This document shows positions 1 through 8,798 of a DNA stretch of 64,000 nucleotides, piece by piece. Both the position numbers and the translations under genes were made by a program. Within the stretch, counting starts at the first letter, position 1. Each line of letters starts with the position of its first letter. The stretch spans positions 3,808,001 to 3,872,000 of the forward strand of contig OZ242318.1 in NCBI GenBank assembly GCA_965208105.1. Direction: 5' to 3'. The DNA is from Candidatus Latescibacterota bacterium. GTDB lineage: Bacteria > Latescibacterota > UBA2968 > UBA8231. Under the pieces are notes generated by a model. It saw only the letters and a program-made list of their open reading frames with translations, was not told where the DNA came from and did no database searches.

Positions 1-229
1 TGTAGTAGAGGCGGTAGCCCCCTTCGGGGAGGGCAATGACGTTTGGAGCCACGGCGCCGCGGATTCCCGTGCGCGGCGCTGCCGCCGGCCACCGGGCTTC
101 CGGAGCAGGATCGGGCGCTCCCGCGGTCTCGGGGTCGGGTGGTGCTTCGATTGCGGGCCGGGCGTCCCTGGTCCACGCTGTGCCCGGGTCCTCGGCGGCG
201 GTATGGACCTGCATGGCAATCTCGCTCAT
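1..229 (-). CDS. Partial CDS running off the window edge; probable beta-propeller glycoside-hydrolase-like protein
   Basis: Not in the ORF track. ATG at 229 follows AAGGAAAG; the open frame reads MSEIAMQVHT...GAVAPNVIALPEGGYRLYY, and the last part resembles a propeller blade of GH32/43/130-like proteins. Confidence 0.6.
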   Translation of the reverse strand, partial: MSEIAMQVHTAAEDPGTAWTRDARPAIEAPPDPETAGAPDPAPEARWPAAAPRTGIRGAVAPNVIALPEGGYRLYY

Positions 230-438
230 CCGCTTTCCTTGCTCGATTGAATTATAGCAGATTCCTGGGGGGAATTGGCGCCCGGGCAAATCTGCTCAAT
301 CCCCGGTTGAGCATCAAGGGGAGCCGGGGCGGGGAGGGACTGGGCCGACTCCTGCAAGCATGCCCGCCGGCCGGGGATGGGGTTTGGCAGGGCCCCGGTG
401 CCGTCGCCTCGGCGAAGGCCGGGGACGCTCCATCCAGC

Positions 439-467
439 TTGCCATGAGAAAAAATTCGTGTTAGAGT
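439..467 (+). promoter_or_regulatory. Putative sigma70 promoter
   Basis: TTGCCA-17 nt-TAGAGT with TG just upstream of the -10, ahead of an AGGAGG RBS and ATG 488. Confidence 0.35.
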
Positions 468-487
468 GTGAGAGGAGGACGGTCATT

Positions 488-1987
488 ATGGCGAGTGAAG
501 AACTGGCGGCACCCACGCCCTTTGTCGACTGGTACGGAATCTGGGCGGGACATGGCGGAGTAGGCCGGGACGGATTGAGCTGGATCCAGGACCCGCCCCA
601 GGGAGATCTGCAGCTCAAGGTCCAGCCGGGGCGCTGGTCCGAGCGCATCTTCCTTCCAGGTGAGCATCCCTGGGAGAGCGCAAGCGTAACGCCCAACTTC
701 GTCCTCCTCGACGAAGACAGGTTGAAGGTCTGGTACCAGTGCAGCGGAGAGGATGGGACGAGCTACGAGGCCTATGCCGAAAGCAGCGACGGCCGCACCT
801 GGCACAAGCCCCAACTGGGACTGGTGCCCTACATGGGATCCTCGGCCAACAACCTGCTGCACCGCACCGACCATTTCTGGCTGCGCTGCGTGTTCCGGGA
901 CCCCTCGGCGCCGCCGCAGGAGCGCTACAAGTCCACCGTCCCCGGAGGTCTGTGCTACCTCGACGGGGAGCCGCGGCCGGACCTGACCTCGAGCCGGTTT
1001 ATGGAGATGCGCACCGCCATGCAGCACGAGGGCATGGGGCTGGCCGAGATAAAAGAGAAGCTCGAGATGCACCAGATCATTCGCGCGGCGGTCTCGCCGG
1101 ACGGACTGCGCTGGACCGTTCTCGACAAGCCCCTGAGGGACCTGGGGTCGCTGACCCTCGACGGGGAATACTTCACCACCTACGACCAGGACAGGGGAGA
1201 ATACGTTGCCTACCACCGCGGCCAGGTGGAGCGCCGGAGATGCATTCGCCGCAGCATCGCCAAGCGCTTCGACCAGTGGGAGGAGCCCCGCTTCGTCTTC
1301 ATGCCCGACCCCCAGGACCCCATCGACGTGGACGTCTACAGCTCGGCCTACTGCCGCTACCCTCACGGCGACCTGCACCTGATGTTCTTGCCCTTCTACC
1401 ACCGCCTCACTTCCACCGTCGACGTGCAGCTGGCGACGAGCCGCGACGGCCTGCTGTGGAGCCGGCCGCAACGCGTGCCCATCATCCCCCGCGGACCCTA
1501 CGAGACCGTCTACGCCTGCCACCATCTGGTCCCCCTGAGCTCGGAGGAGTGGGGCCTGTTGTTCATGGGGTGCAGGAACCGCCACGATTTCCACACCTTC
1601 AGAGCGGACGGGGACGCGCCGGCCAGGGCAAACGACTGGCGCTGGGCCCTGTGGAAGCGCGACCGCCTCGTGGCCCTGGAGGCCACCGGAGAGGCGCGCT
1701 TCACCATGGTGCAGAGAGAGTGCCATGGCACCCGGATGCGGCTAAACTACGAGACCGAGACCGGGGGCTGGGTGCGGGTGGAGCTGGTGCATCCGCCGGT
1801 GACCCCGCCGGAGCCGGTGGAACCCTTTGCCGGGTATGGACTGGACGACGCCGAGGTGCTGGTGGGAGACGAGCTCTCCAGGGTGGTGAGCTGGAAGGGG
1901 AGGGAGGACCTGGGCGCATTGAAGGGGAAGTTGGTCTCGATCCGCATCCACATGTCGCGGGCGCGGCTGTACTCGGTGTCCATCTGA
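488..1987 (+). CDS. Asp-box beta-propeller glycoside-hydrolase-like protein
   Basis: AGGAGG RBS before ATG 488; Asp-box-like motifs AESSDGRTW, VSPDGLRW and TSRDGLLW; C-terminal DRLVALEA...VSWKG...LYS domain; paralog of 34880..36418. Confidence 0.7.
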   Translation: MASEELAAPTPFVDWYGIWAGHGGVGRDGLSWIQDPPQGDLQLKVQPGRWSERIFLPGEHPWESASVTPNFVLLDEDRLKVWYQCSGEDGTSYEAYAESSDGRTWHKPQLGLVPYMGSSANNLLHRTDHFWLRCVFRDPSAPPQERYKSTVPGGLCYLDGEPRPDLTSSRFMEMRTAMQHEGMGLAEIKEKLEMHQIIRAAVSPDGLRWTVLDKPLRDLGSLTLDGEYFTTYDQDRGEYVAYHRGQVERRRCIRRSIAKRFDQWEEPRFVFMPDPQDPIDVDVYSSAYCRYPHGDLHLMFLPFYHRLTSTVDVQLATSRDGLLWSRPQRVPIIPRGPYETVYACHHLVPLSSEEWGLLFMGCRNRHDFHTFRADGDAPARANDWRWALWKRDRLVALEATGEARFTMVQRECHGTRMRLNYETETGGWVRVELVHPPVTPPEPVEPFAGYGLDDAEVLVGDELSRVVSWKGREDLGALKGKLVSIRIHMSRARLYSVSI

Positions 1988-2122
1988 GGCGATGGCGGCC
2001 CGGGGCCCAGGATCCCGTGCCAGGTCAGGGCCCTGGCGGCTGGTTTCCGGAGGATCGAATTCAGGGGCTGATGCAGCGGCGGTGAACCGAAGGACCGGCG
2101 CAACGATGGGAGAGAACCCCAG

Positions 2123-3577
2123 GTGAAGACCGTTCTCATTCTCCTTGACTCACTGAATCGACACTATCTGGCCTCCTACGGAAACTCCTGGGTGCGCACG
2201 CCCAACATCGACCGGCTCGCCCGCCGCGGGGTCGTGTTCGACAACCACTATTGCTGCTCCATGCCCTGCATGCCGGCGCGGCGGGACCTCTTCACCGGCC
2301 GGGCCAGTTTCCTCGAGACCCCCTGGAGCCCGATCCAGCCCTGGGACGACTGCCTGCAGCCTGAGCTGCGCCGCCAGCGGGGGACCTACAGCCACCTCAT
2401 CACCGATCACTTCCACTACTACCACAGTGGCGGCGAGGGCTACCACACCCGCTTCGATTCCTGGGAGTTTCAGCGCGGCCAGACCTGGGATGAATGGCGC
2501 CCCCTGGTGCGGCCTCCACAGCCTCCGCCCTTCAAGGGCAAAAACCCGCGGTCCTACTGGGCCAACCGGGCTTTCGCCGACAGCGAGCGCGACGAAGACT
2601 ATCCCACGCCCCAGTGCTTCATGCGCGGGGTGGAATTTCTCGACAAAAACCACGACCAGGACAACTGGCATCTGCACCTGGAAGTCTTCGATCCGCACGA
2701 ACCATTCGCCTGCCCGCGCAAGTACCGCGAGGTCTACGACGACCGCTGGGACGAGCGCTACCACTTCGACTGGCCCGACTACCTCCCCGTCGCCGAAGAT
2801 GAGGAGGAGATCGACCACATCCGCAAGAGCTACGCCGGCACCCTGACCATGGCCGACGTCTGGCTCGGCAGGTTCCTCGACAGGATGGACGCCCTCGATT
2901 TGTGGGAAGACACCACCGTGATCCTCACCACCGACCACGGCCATCTCCTCGGGGACCACGGCTACTGGGGCAAGAACTACATGTTCGACTACCAGGAGCT
3001 GGTCCACATCCCTCTCATCATCTGCTCCCCCGCATGCTCCGGGGGCAGGGTCGGCGCACTGACCAGCGCCCTCGACCTGATGCCCACCCTGATGGAGCTT
3101 CACGGAGGAGAGCTGCCGCCCCAGGTCCACGGCAGGTCCGTGTGCCACCTCCTCGAGGGGGGAGGGGACCACCACGACGCCGTGCTCTACGGCTACTTCG
3201 GCAAGGACCTGAACCTCACCGACGGCCGCCATACCTACTGCCGCCAGCCGCTGCCCAATTCCTTTCTCCACCACCACACCGCCATGCCCTGCGCCTTCCG
3301 GGATTTCATCGACCGCGATGCCCTTGCCAGCGCCGAGTGCGGCGTCTTCCTCGAGCATGCATACGGCATACCCCACCTGCGCCTCAAAGTCCCGTCGCAC
3401 CGGCACCACGGCGCGCCCGATTACAATCCCGTCTACGACGTCGGCGCCGATCCCCGGCAGCAGAAGCCCATCCGCGACCGCGGACTCGAAGCCGGACTCG
3501 CAGCGAAGATGAAGGAGTTGCTGCAGCGCCTGGACGCACCGGAATGCCAGTATGCCCGCCTCGGGTTGCAGGGATAG
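2123..3577 (+). CDS. Formylglycine-dependent (Cys-type) sulfatase
   Basis: N-terminal ILLDSL, TPNIDRLA, CxPxR signature CMPAR...LFTG, DPHEP, TTDHG, WGK and HIPLII motifs. Confidence 0.92.
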   Translation: MKTVLILLDSLNRHYLASYGNSWVRTPNIDRLARRGVVFDNHYCCSMPCMPARRDLFTGRASFLETPWSPIQPWDDCLQPELRRQRGTYSHLITDHFHYYHSGGEGYHTRFDSWEFQRGQTWDEWRPLVRPPQPPPFKGKNPRSYWANRAFADSERDEDYPTPQCFMRGVEFLDKNHDQDNWHLHLEVFDPHEPFACPRKYREVYDDRWDERYHFDWPDYLPVAEDEEEIDHIRKSYAGTLTMADVWLGRFLDRMDALDLWEDTTVILTTDHGHLLGDHGYWGKNYMFDYQELVHIPLIICSPACSGGRVGALTSALDLMPTLMELHGGELPPQVHGRSVCHLLEGGGDHHDAVLYGYFGKDLNLTDGRHTYCRQPLPNSFLHHHTAMPCAFRDFIDRDALASAECGVFLEHAYGIPHLRLKVPSHRHHGAPDYNPVYDVGADPRQQKPIRDRGLEAGLAAKMKELLQRLDAPECQYARLGLQG

Positions 3578-3641
3578 GAAGAATGGGATGCGGTGGGTTC
3601 GAGCGTGTTGCGCAGGAGACGGAGACAGGCCGGAGGTCCTT

Positions 3642-6614
3642 ATGAGGAGAAGATCACTGCACCGGTACCTGGGGCTCCTGGCGCTCGCGGCTTGGGCCGC
3701 GGAAGCGGAGGAACCGGCCGGGCATCCGGCCGTGGAAGAGGTGGCGGCACCGCGGCCTTACCTGCGCTACGAGCGCCCGCTCTACCGCAACTTCGTCTTC
3801 GACCCCTTCACCCAGTACCCGGACCACACCTGGTCCCTGCGCACGGTGGGATCGCAGCAGGGAGGCGGCCTGGCCCTCGGCCTCGACCGCTATCAGGCCC
3901 TCTACGACCTGATGGGAAATAACCTCGGGACCGGGTACGATTTGTTCTACTGGATCGAGCGCCGCCAGCCCCTGCAGCGCCGGGGCAGCGAGCTGTTCAA
4001 GGACTGGTCCGCCTGGCAACTGGTATTCACCAACGTGGCGGTTGCCCGGGACGGTTATGGGCGATGGGGCTACAGCGCCATTGTAGGGGACGGGCTGAGG
4101 GCGCGCTTCACCCCGTTGACCCTGTCCATGTCCGACTTCAACGGCCTGCGCCTGGATCTTTCGACCCCGCGCGTGAAGTTCACCGGGGTGGGCTCGCGCA
4201 TAGCCCGGCCGAACAGGGAATCCTACAAGCCCGCCCAGAATATCGGCCAGGTCGAGGTCGACCATTCCACCATGCTGGCGGGCGCCCGCGTCCAGGTCGA
4301 CCTCGGCGGGCTGCACCTGGGGGTGAACGGGGTGAACCTGCATCCCTACGACAGCACCAGGCCGGACAACAGCATCAAGGGAGGACTGCGCAATCATCAG
4401 CAGCCGCAGCTGGCTCAGCCGCTCTACGAGTGGCTCATCGTGCGCGTTTCCGACGACTCCCCGGCTGACGGCCGCGGCGGCGCCCTGGTCGGGGATATGC
4501 GGCTGGTGATCAACGGCCGGCCGCGGACCGACCTGGAGCCCCGGGTGATCCGCCACCGCGCCGGGGTTCCCTCCCAGGTGGGGCGCATCCTCTCGGCATC
4601 CGACCAGTTCCTGCCGGTCTATTACACCACCGTTGCCGGCCCGCCCAACTATTACAGGGGCCGGGAGATTCCCCTCTTCGCCGATTATCTCTACCGCCTT
4701 GCCTACGACGCCGGAGTCGACGTCAGCGAGGACACCTTCCAGGAGGGACTGCTGGCCAACTTTCCCCTGGCTGCATCAGGAGGTGTCCTGCGCGCCGACG
4801 GGAAAGAGCAGCTGGTGTTCCTGTTCGATCTGGGAGGAGAAGCCGCGGTGGAGTCGGTGGAGGTGGAGGCCACGGTGGGCAACGACTACCGTCTGGAGTG
4901 GGCGGGGGTCTACTTCAACCCCGCCAACCGCACCGCCGCCAAATTCGAGCAGCGCTTCGGCAGTACCTTCTACCGCCTTGCGCGGCGCGCCCGGGGCAGC
5001 GTGGAGGATGGATCGAATCTCGAGCGGGTGCGATTCAAGGTGGGGGAGAACACGGCGATTTTCACCTACGGCGCGGACGTGCAGCTGGTGCTGCCCTGGC
5101 TGGAGGTGGCCGGGGAGTACGCGCGCTCGACCGTCTACGGAAGGTATCCCGCCCACGAGGGGGGGCGTCCCATGTTCGACCGCAGCCCGCGCTTCTCCCA
5201 TCGCGGCTCGGCCTGGTTCGTCAATGCCCTGCACCGCTTCGGCCGCGGCCGCCTGGGTGCGGAGTACTTCTCCATGAATCCGGACTTCACCACCGAGATG
5301 CAGGCCTTTCTCCCCAGGGACTTCGGCTATTCCTCGGGAGGCCCCTACACCGTGTACGAGGGGCTGTCCAACTCTACCGTCATCTGGCGGTTGGTGCAGG
5401 ACAACGACGACGGGGACCGCTATCCGGACATTCTTCTGGGCACCGTCCTCGGCAGTCCGCAGGCGGGAGCGAGGGACCTGGACGGTGTCTTCCTGGGGCA
5501 GGACGAGGACAACGACGGCATCGTGGATACGGACCGCAACTTCAACGGCATCCCCGACTACGACGAGACCTTCCTGATGTACGGAGTGGAACCCAACGAG
5601 TACGTCTATGGCCTCGACCGCAATCACAACGACGAGCCCGACCAGCGCGAGGACGACTGGGTCGCCGACTACCCCTACGATCCTGACCAGCGCGGCGTCC
5701 ATCTCTTCGGCCAGGTGGACCTCGGCAGATACTGGTCCGCGGGGGCGGGACGCTACGCGGTGGAGGAGCTGGCCGGCGGCGGGCGCAACCGCTCCACCTA
5801 TGCCCTCCTGACCTACCGCCGCGAGGTGGAAGCGCGCCGGCAGCGGGTGTTCTTCGAGAACTACTTCCGCCGGGTCGAGGACGACATCGCCGATGAGTTC
5901 AACCAGTTCAGCAGGGCCGCCCGCCTCGACCGGCTGGATGACTACAACAGCGGCTTCACGGGCATCGTGCAGAATGTGGCCGGGTCAATCGAGCGCCGCC
6001 CGGACCCGCTTCACTACCAGAACAGCTATGTCAACGAGACTTACCTGGAGGGGGAGTGGCGCCCCTGGACGGCCCTGCACCTGGTGCAGAAGCTGCGCCT
6101 GCGCTACAACTGGCAGCGGGGCGGCCGGCTGGCCAGCGGGCTCTTCCAGCGCCAGCGCCGGCTCGACTTCGCTGCCTCGACCAGCCGCGCCGGGCTTGGA
6201 TGGCAGTGGGGCAGGCTGGGCCTGGCCGCCCAGTTCAAGTTCCTGCTCCTGCGCCTGGCAGACCAGGGGGGAGGCCGGGTGCTGCGCTCGGAGCACCGGG
6301 TGATTCCCATCGTCAAGCTGAGGTATCAGCTGATGCCGCGCACCGCCCTGCAGGCGGGGGTGCAGGGCTGGGGGCCGCTGCCCTACCGCCTCGAGGACCG
6401 CAGCGAGCGGCGCAACAGTCTCGAGCAGCGCTCCGCGGTGGTCACCGTGACCAACAGCTCGCGCTACTTCGGCTACGACATGCACACCATTCTCGGGCTG
6501 CGGCGTGAGGACCTGGACTGGAAGGACAGGTTTCAGCGTTTCCGAAACTTCGACGGGTGGACGTTTTTCGTGCGCAATCTCATCGGCTTCACCGAATTCG
6601 GGCAGTTGTTGTGA
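3642..6614 (+). CDS. Large exported protein, putative outer-membrane beta-barrel with Asp-rich Ca-binding-like repeats
   Basis: GGAGG RBS before ATG 3642; signal peptide; DEDNDGIVDTDRNFNGIPDYDE and GLDRNHNDEPD repeats; amphipathic C-terminal strands; close paralog of 22045..25008. Confidence 0.65.
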   Translation: MRRRSLHRYLGLLALAAWAAEAEEPAGHPAVEEVAAPRPYLRYERPLYRNFVFDPFTQYPDHTWSLRTVGSQQGGGLALGLDRYQALYDLMGNNLGTGYDLFYWIERRQPLQRRGSELFKDWSAWQLVFTNVAVARDGYGRWGYSAIVGDGLRARFTPLTLSMSDFNGLRLDLSTPRVKFTGVGSRIARPNRESYKPAQNIGQVEVDHSTMLAGARVQVDLGGLHLGVNGVNLHPYDSTRPDNSIKGGLRNHQQPQLAQPLYEWLIVRVSDDSPADGRGGALVGDMRLVINGRPRTDLEPRVIRHRAGVPSQVGRILSASDQFLPVYYTTVAGPPNYYRGREIPLFADYLYRLAYDAGVDVSEDTFQEGLLANFPLAASGGVLRADGKEQLVFLFDLGGEAAVESVEVEATVGNDYRLEWAGVYFNPANRTAAKFEQRFGSTFYRLARRARGSVEDGSNLERVRFKVGENTAIFTYGADVQLVLPWLEVAGEYARSTVYGRYPAHEGGRPMFDRSPRFSHRGSAWFVNALHRFGRGRLGAEYFSMNPDFTTEMQAFLPRDFGYSSGGPYTVYEGLSNSTVIWRLVQDNDDGDRYPDILLGTVLGSPQAGARDLDGVFLGQDEDNDGIVDTDRNFNGIPDYDETFLMYGVEPNEYVYGLDRNHNDEPDQREDDWVADYPYDPDQRGVHLFGQVDLGRYWSAGAGRYAVEELAGGGRNRSTYALLTYRREVEARRQRVFFENYFRRVEDDIADEFNQFSRAARLDRLDDYNSGFTGIVQNVAGSIERRPDPLHYQNSYVNETYLEGEWRPWTALHLVQKLRLRYNWQRGGRLASGLFQRQRRLDFAASTSRAGLGWQWGRLGLAAQFKFLLLRLADQGGGRVLRSEHRVIPIVKLRYQLMPRTALQAGVQGWGPLPYRLEDRSERRNSLEQRSAVVTVTNSSRYFGYDMHTILGLRREDLDWKDRFQRFRNFDGWTFFVRNLIGFTEFGQLL

Positions 6615-6652
6615 CCCCTGAACGTGAAATAATTATGTGCATTAGTTAATGG

Positions 6653-6718
6653 TTGGTTTGTAGGTGCGAATTACTTATATTCCTGATATCATAACCCACA
6701 CCTTACCTTAAAGGAGGT
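6653..6718 (+). promoter_or_regulatory. Putative promoter and strong RBS
   Basis: AT-rich intergenic region with TTGGTT-17 nt-TATATT (6653-6681) and AAGGAGGT at 6711-6718. Confidence 0.45.
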
Positions 6719-6724
6719 AGTGTA

Positions 6725-8647
6725 ATGTTCAAGCTGAGATCGAGTTTTCTTGCCCTGAGCATGGGCCTGCTGCTGGCAGGTATGCAGTGGGCTGAGGCTC
6801 AGGACATCCAGGACCGCGGCGGACGCTATGCGCCCCCGCGCCCTGACGGAGCGGACCGCACCTATCACGGCAGCGCCGGCGCGGCCTACAGCGAAGCAGG
6901 TGGAACCATCCACATTCCCGAGAACTCCGGGAATCCCACGCCCCTGGTTATCAATACCCAGAACGTGGCCTGGGACGGATCGGGATCGGTGGGCATTCCC
7001 TTCAGCCTCAACATGCGCGCCCGGGTAATGCTGGTGGTCTACAGGACAGATTCCAACGCGACCGGGGCGACCGGACCTTACGGCGCCTGGGTGCGCCTGG
7101 TTGCCCAGGACATGTACGTAGGCAGCACCCCGTTGGCCCCATTCGAGGCAGGGAGCAACACCCTGACCTGGGACGGCAATGACTGGGAGGGCAATCACGC
7201 CGGGGCGGGCAGCTACGAGTTCGATCTGATCGGCTTCAACGACCTGGATTCGGGTACCATCATCAACGTGGGCGGTTCAGGCAATGCCTGGGGCCCCAAC
7301 ATAGTCGACACCAAGGTCGAGCCGGCCGAGTACTGGAGCCCCTTCCAGGAGACCCCGCCAACTCCATACTCCCGCAGCGTCATCGGGACGGATTTCATCG
7401 CCAATCCGGGCGCCGTCGAGGTCTGGGATGTTACCGCCTTCGGACCGGAGGAGGAGAGGAATCTGAGCGGCCATTTGCCCGACGACATGGACGCGACGGT
7501 CCACTGGACCAGCCGGCGGCGGGAGAACGAGGCCCTGGGTGTAACGGGCGGGGTTATCAAGCTCACCCGCAACGACAATTCCAAGACCATGGACGTGAAT
7601 GAGTCCTTCGGCGACAACGGGCTTTCGGCCAGCCGAGGTGGGAGCATCTATCACATCCGTCCCAACAGAGATCTGCTCTACGCCGCTTTCCAGAACGGAG
7701 ATCTCCTCCAGGCGGTGATCGAGAAATACGACAAGTCCTCCGGTGAACGCGTCGGGGAGATCGACCTCTTCGAGTATTTCAACAACACCGCCGTTGACGA
7801 CGACGGCAACGAGCAAACCCAGGTTCACGGCCCCACCGTTATGGACGTGCACGACGGTGGGATCTGGGTAACCTCCCACAACTCCGTCAACACGGTGCAC
7901 CTGGACCTGGACGGCAACGTGCGCTGGGTCAACCGCCTCGGGGACAGCATCAGGGACTGGATCTCCATTGAGGACGCCGCCGAGCTGGGCCTGGTGCCGA
8001 ACCTGCCTGCAACGGTGGGATTCGGGGCCGACGATAACGGCAAGATGGCCTATTCCACCGAAACTCATAATCACATCGGCTACCAGCTGGCCATGTTCGG
8101 CCGCGACGGCACCGGTCTCGCCAACGTCGAGTTCAGCCCCGAGACCGGACCGTTCAACCGCGGCAACAACTCCAAGCACATCGACCTGGTCAACGATGGC
8201 GGCAAGTACGACGGGCTTTATATCTGCGCGGGCAACGCCGACACGCGGCCCTACCCCTCGGCCTACCCGGAGATGAACATGGGAGTGTTCGTCCCCTACG
8301 ATCTGGCCTCCGGCAGCCTGGGCGGGGATGCCACCGCGGTGGAGGATCTGGGTCCGGCGGGCACCCCCGACAGCTACAGTCTGGGTGACGCCTATCCCAA
8401 TCCCTTCAACCCCGAGACCAGCATCGAGTTCAGCGTGCCGGCCACCGGACACGTCGAGATGGTCGTCTACAATGCGGCCGGCCAGCAGGTGGCCAGCCTG
8501 GTGGACGAGGAGCTGAGCGCGGGGTCCTACAGGACCACCTGGGATGCGCTTGACCGCTCCGGCGAGCGGGTGGCCAGCGGTGTCTACTTCTACCGCATGC
8601 AGGCCGGCGACTTCGCCGATACCCGCGCGATGACCCTGCTGAAGTAG
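6725..8647 (+). CDS. Secreted protein with FlgD-Ig / T9SS type A sorting-like C-terminal domain
   Basis: Signal peptide ending AEA; C-terminal YPNPFNPETSIEF...VYNAAGQQV...WDALDRSGERVASGVYFYRM; a second FlgD-like motif LTWDGNDWEG...AGSY near the N-terminus. Confidence 0.85.
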   Translation: MFKLRSSFLALSMGLLLAGMQWAEAQDIQDRGGRYAPPRPDGADRTYHGSAGAAYSEAGGTIHIPENSGNPTPLVINTQNVAWDGSGSVGIPFSLNMRARVMLVVYRTDSNATGATGPYGAWVRLVAQDMYVGSTPLAPFEAGSNTLTWDGNDWEGNHAGAGSYEFDLIGFNDLDSGTIINVGGSGNAWGPNIVDTKVEPAEYWSPFQETPPTPYSRSVIGTDFIANPGAVEVWDVTAFGPEEERNLSGHLPDDMDATVHWTSRRRENEALGVTGGVIKLTRNDNSKTMDVNESFGDNGLSASRGGSIYHIRPNRDLLYAAFQNGDLLQAVIEKYDKSSGERVGEIDLFEYFNNTAVDDDGNEQTQVHGPTVMDVHDGGIWVTSHNSVNTVHLDLDGNVRWVNRLGDSIRDWISIEDAAELGLVPNLPATVGFGADDNGKMAYSTETHNHIGYQLAMFGRDGTGLANVEFSPETGPFNRGNNSKHIDLVNDGGKYDGLYICAGNADTRPYPSAYPEMNMGVFVPYDLASGSLGGDATAVEDLGPAGTPDSYSLGDAYPNPFNPETSIEFSVPATGHVEMVVYNAAGQQVASLVDEELSAGSYRTTWDALDRSGERVASGVYFYRMQAGDFADTRAMTLLK

Positions 8648-8701
8648 ATCGAGCGGACTGCATAGTCTCGGTCATGCCCCTGGCAGTGCCGAGACGGTGA
8701 T

Positions 8702-8779
8702 ATAACTGGCTGATTTGGACGGGATGGGTCGGCGACCTGAACCCACCCACCTCGTGACAAATCAGCCAGTTATTTTTTT
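8702..8779 (+). terminator. Long hairpin with T-tract, probable intrinsic terminator
   Basis: Perfect 16-bp inverted repeat ATAACTGGCTGATTTG (8702-8717) / CAAATCAGCCAGTTAT (8758-8773) followed by a T run. Confidence 0.65.
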
Positions 8780-8798
8780 GGCCTCGCGGGTATCATGA

